From contig LWCA01000227.1 of NCBI GenBank assembly GCA_001642005.1, forward strand, positions 1-38,483: a stretch of DNA of 38,483 nucleotides, in the 5' to 3' direction. Position 1 is the first letter of the stretch; each line of letters opens with the position of its first letter. This document shows, piece by piece, positions 36,862 to 38,483 of this stretch. Position numbers and translations under genes: made by a program. The stretch comes from Intoshia linei. Lineage: Eukaryota > Animalia > Orthonectida. The notes beneath the pieces are model-generated. The model worked only from the letters and a program-made list of their open reading frames with translations, did no database searches and had not been told where the DNA came from.

Positions 36862-37104
36862 TTAGATATTCACCAAAAATTTTTTGCTTTTATATTCAAT
36901 TGTAATTAATGATATTATATTTAAGCCAGTTTTAATATAAATGGAAAGAATCTTTTTCGATATTTGTTGAAATGGGCGTACCTTCTTTGTTTCTTTTAAC
37001 CATAATAACCTCCACAATACATTTATTACTGTAGGTATTTTCCTATCATTGAAATTAAATAAAATATAATTTCCAATGATATTGTTTACATTTCTTTGAG
37101 ACAT
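36862..37104 (-). other. 80-aa ORF resembling the N-terminal part of a DNA-transposon protein
   Basis: KIPTVINVLWRLLWLK...ILSIYIKTGLNII resembles the LPTxxxVL...I..IW.KA.IP pattern recalled from transposon-derived proteins; a CAGTGGTTCC MITE-like end lies at about 36736. Confidence 0.3.
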
Positions 37105-37590
37105 TTTAAAATAATTAAAAGATAAATTAGTGTGAAATATAACGTTTTATCATTTTAAATATTAAAACGTGCACCGCGAATTCGTTTATGATTATTTTTA
37201 TAAATTTAATACGGCTATATGCCTAAAATAATATTTTATCATAGGAATGTCATTGACGTACTATTTAGAATGAAAGAAAAAAGACAGTGGATTAAAGGTT
37301 GTAACAAAATGTTGTTATTTTATATTACTATTATTAAATTTTTATTATTATATTATTATATTTCAAAAGCTTCACAGTCACAAATCGACAACATTAAAAT
37401 TATAATCAGTTATAATGATGTAAAAACGATTATACCACGTATGAGTGTTACGTGCACAATTTCAAAAAATAAATAGCGCATTATGTAGTGTAAATAAAGT
37501 TAGTAAATAAATTAGCATTTTTTCTAATACATCTGCAGTTGCTACGCCAAAATGCATTTTTATTATTTCTTCTCTTCCTATATTTAAAAA

Positions 37591-38057
37591 ATGAAATCAA
37601 CATTAACGTATTTCATTATTTTCTTATTCATCAATGCAATGAATAGCATTGGATTTAAATCCTTAAAACATGCTAGTTTGGTAATACAGGTATATTACTT
37701 ACATTAATTATATAGATCGACATGGTAAATCAGACAAAATTTATAGCTGTTAAACATAATGTAACAACAGAAGATGGATATATAATTGAAATTCATCAAA
37801 TCAGCAAATTGGATAACAAAAAAAACAAAAGGGTAATTTTTGTTCAGCATGGGTTACTGTGCAGTTCGGATATATGGTTGGACAATGGACCAAATTCAGC
37901 TTTAGGTAAAAAAACAGAATATTTTTATATTTATCACTACAGCTTATGTAATGGCTGAAAATGGTTACAATGTATTTCTTGGAAATGTTAGAGGTAATAC
38001 GTATGGTAGACATCACATAAACATTTCCACGGGAGATTCAGAATTTTGGAATTTCAC
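37591..38057 (+). CDS. Acid lipase (lysosomal/gastric lipase family), first three exons; remainder not seen in window
   Basis: Signal-like MKSTLTYFIIFLFINAM; HNVTTEDGYIIEIHQI, VIFVQHGLLCSSDIW, LAYVMAENGYNVFLGNVRGNTYGRHH, FWNFT; GT-AG introns. Confidence 0.93.
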
Positions 38058-38483
38058 GTAATAATAATATATTCATTATTTACTATATTTTCAATAAATT
38101 TATATTGAATTTATCAGCCTTTTCAATTGGGCCGCATAGTAGAATATATGGTATATATGTTTATCATAGTATAAATTTTATACTACACTGCTAGAAAAAA
38201 GTTTGGGATAATTGAGTTAAAATAGCTTAATATTAATGATAATGAAATGATTCTATGTTTTAATAATGGTACAAAATCCGTTTTTTTTTAATAATTTCAA
38301 AAATTCGATTTGGCATCGAATTAATGAGGTTATTAATTACATCTTGTTTAATATTGCCCCATGCTGCTATAATGGATAATTTGAGATCTTTTAATGATGA
38401 ATATTGTTTATTGTGTGAGTATATATCCATTGAAAGAATTCCCCATAAATTTTCGATTGGATTGAGGTCAGGGCTACAAGCAG

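Overview
Very AT-rich eukaryotic (animal) genomic DNA in the standard genetic code. Genes are closely packed and split by either tiny GT-AG introns (about 29-60 nt) or kb-long introns filled with transposon debris. The style suggests a compact, fast-evolving invertebrate genome such as an orthonectid, but that assignment is inference. Genes reconstructed by hand, left to right: 3' end of an unknown, possibly MAM-like gene (+); RPB6/POLR2F (-); a decayed tandem-MAM-domain gene (-); ARHGAP11A-like RhoGAP (+); IFT122 (+, about 27 exons); a HIG1-domain protein (+); a secreted His-rich Gly-X-Y repeat protein (-); TRM1 (-); NDUFB3 (-); a pickel/Megatrachea-type claudin (-); and the 5' part of an acid lipase (+). 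Non-coding DNA carries a modular non-autonomous Helitron-like family (one 3' end fused to an actin fragment), hAT- and Tc1/mariner/pogo-type MITEs with target-site duplications, a hAT transposase remnant and a Gypsy integrase remnant. The best novelty candidates are the proline-free His-rich Gly-X-Y protein and the Helitron-actin fusion.
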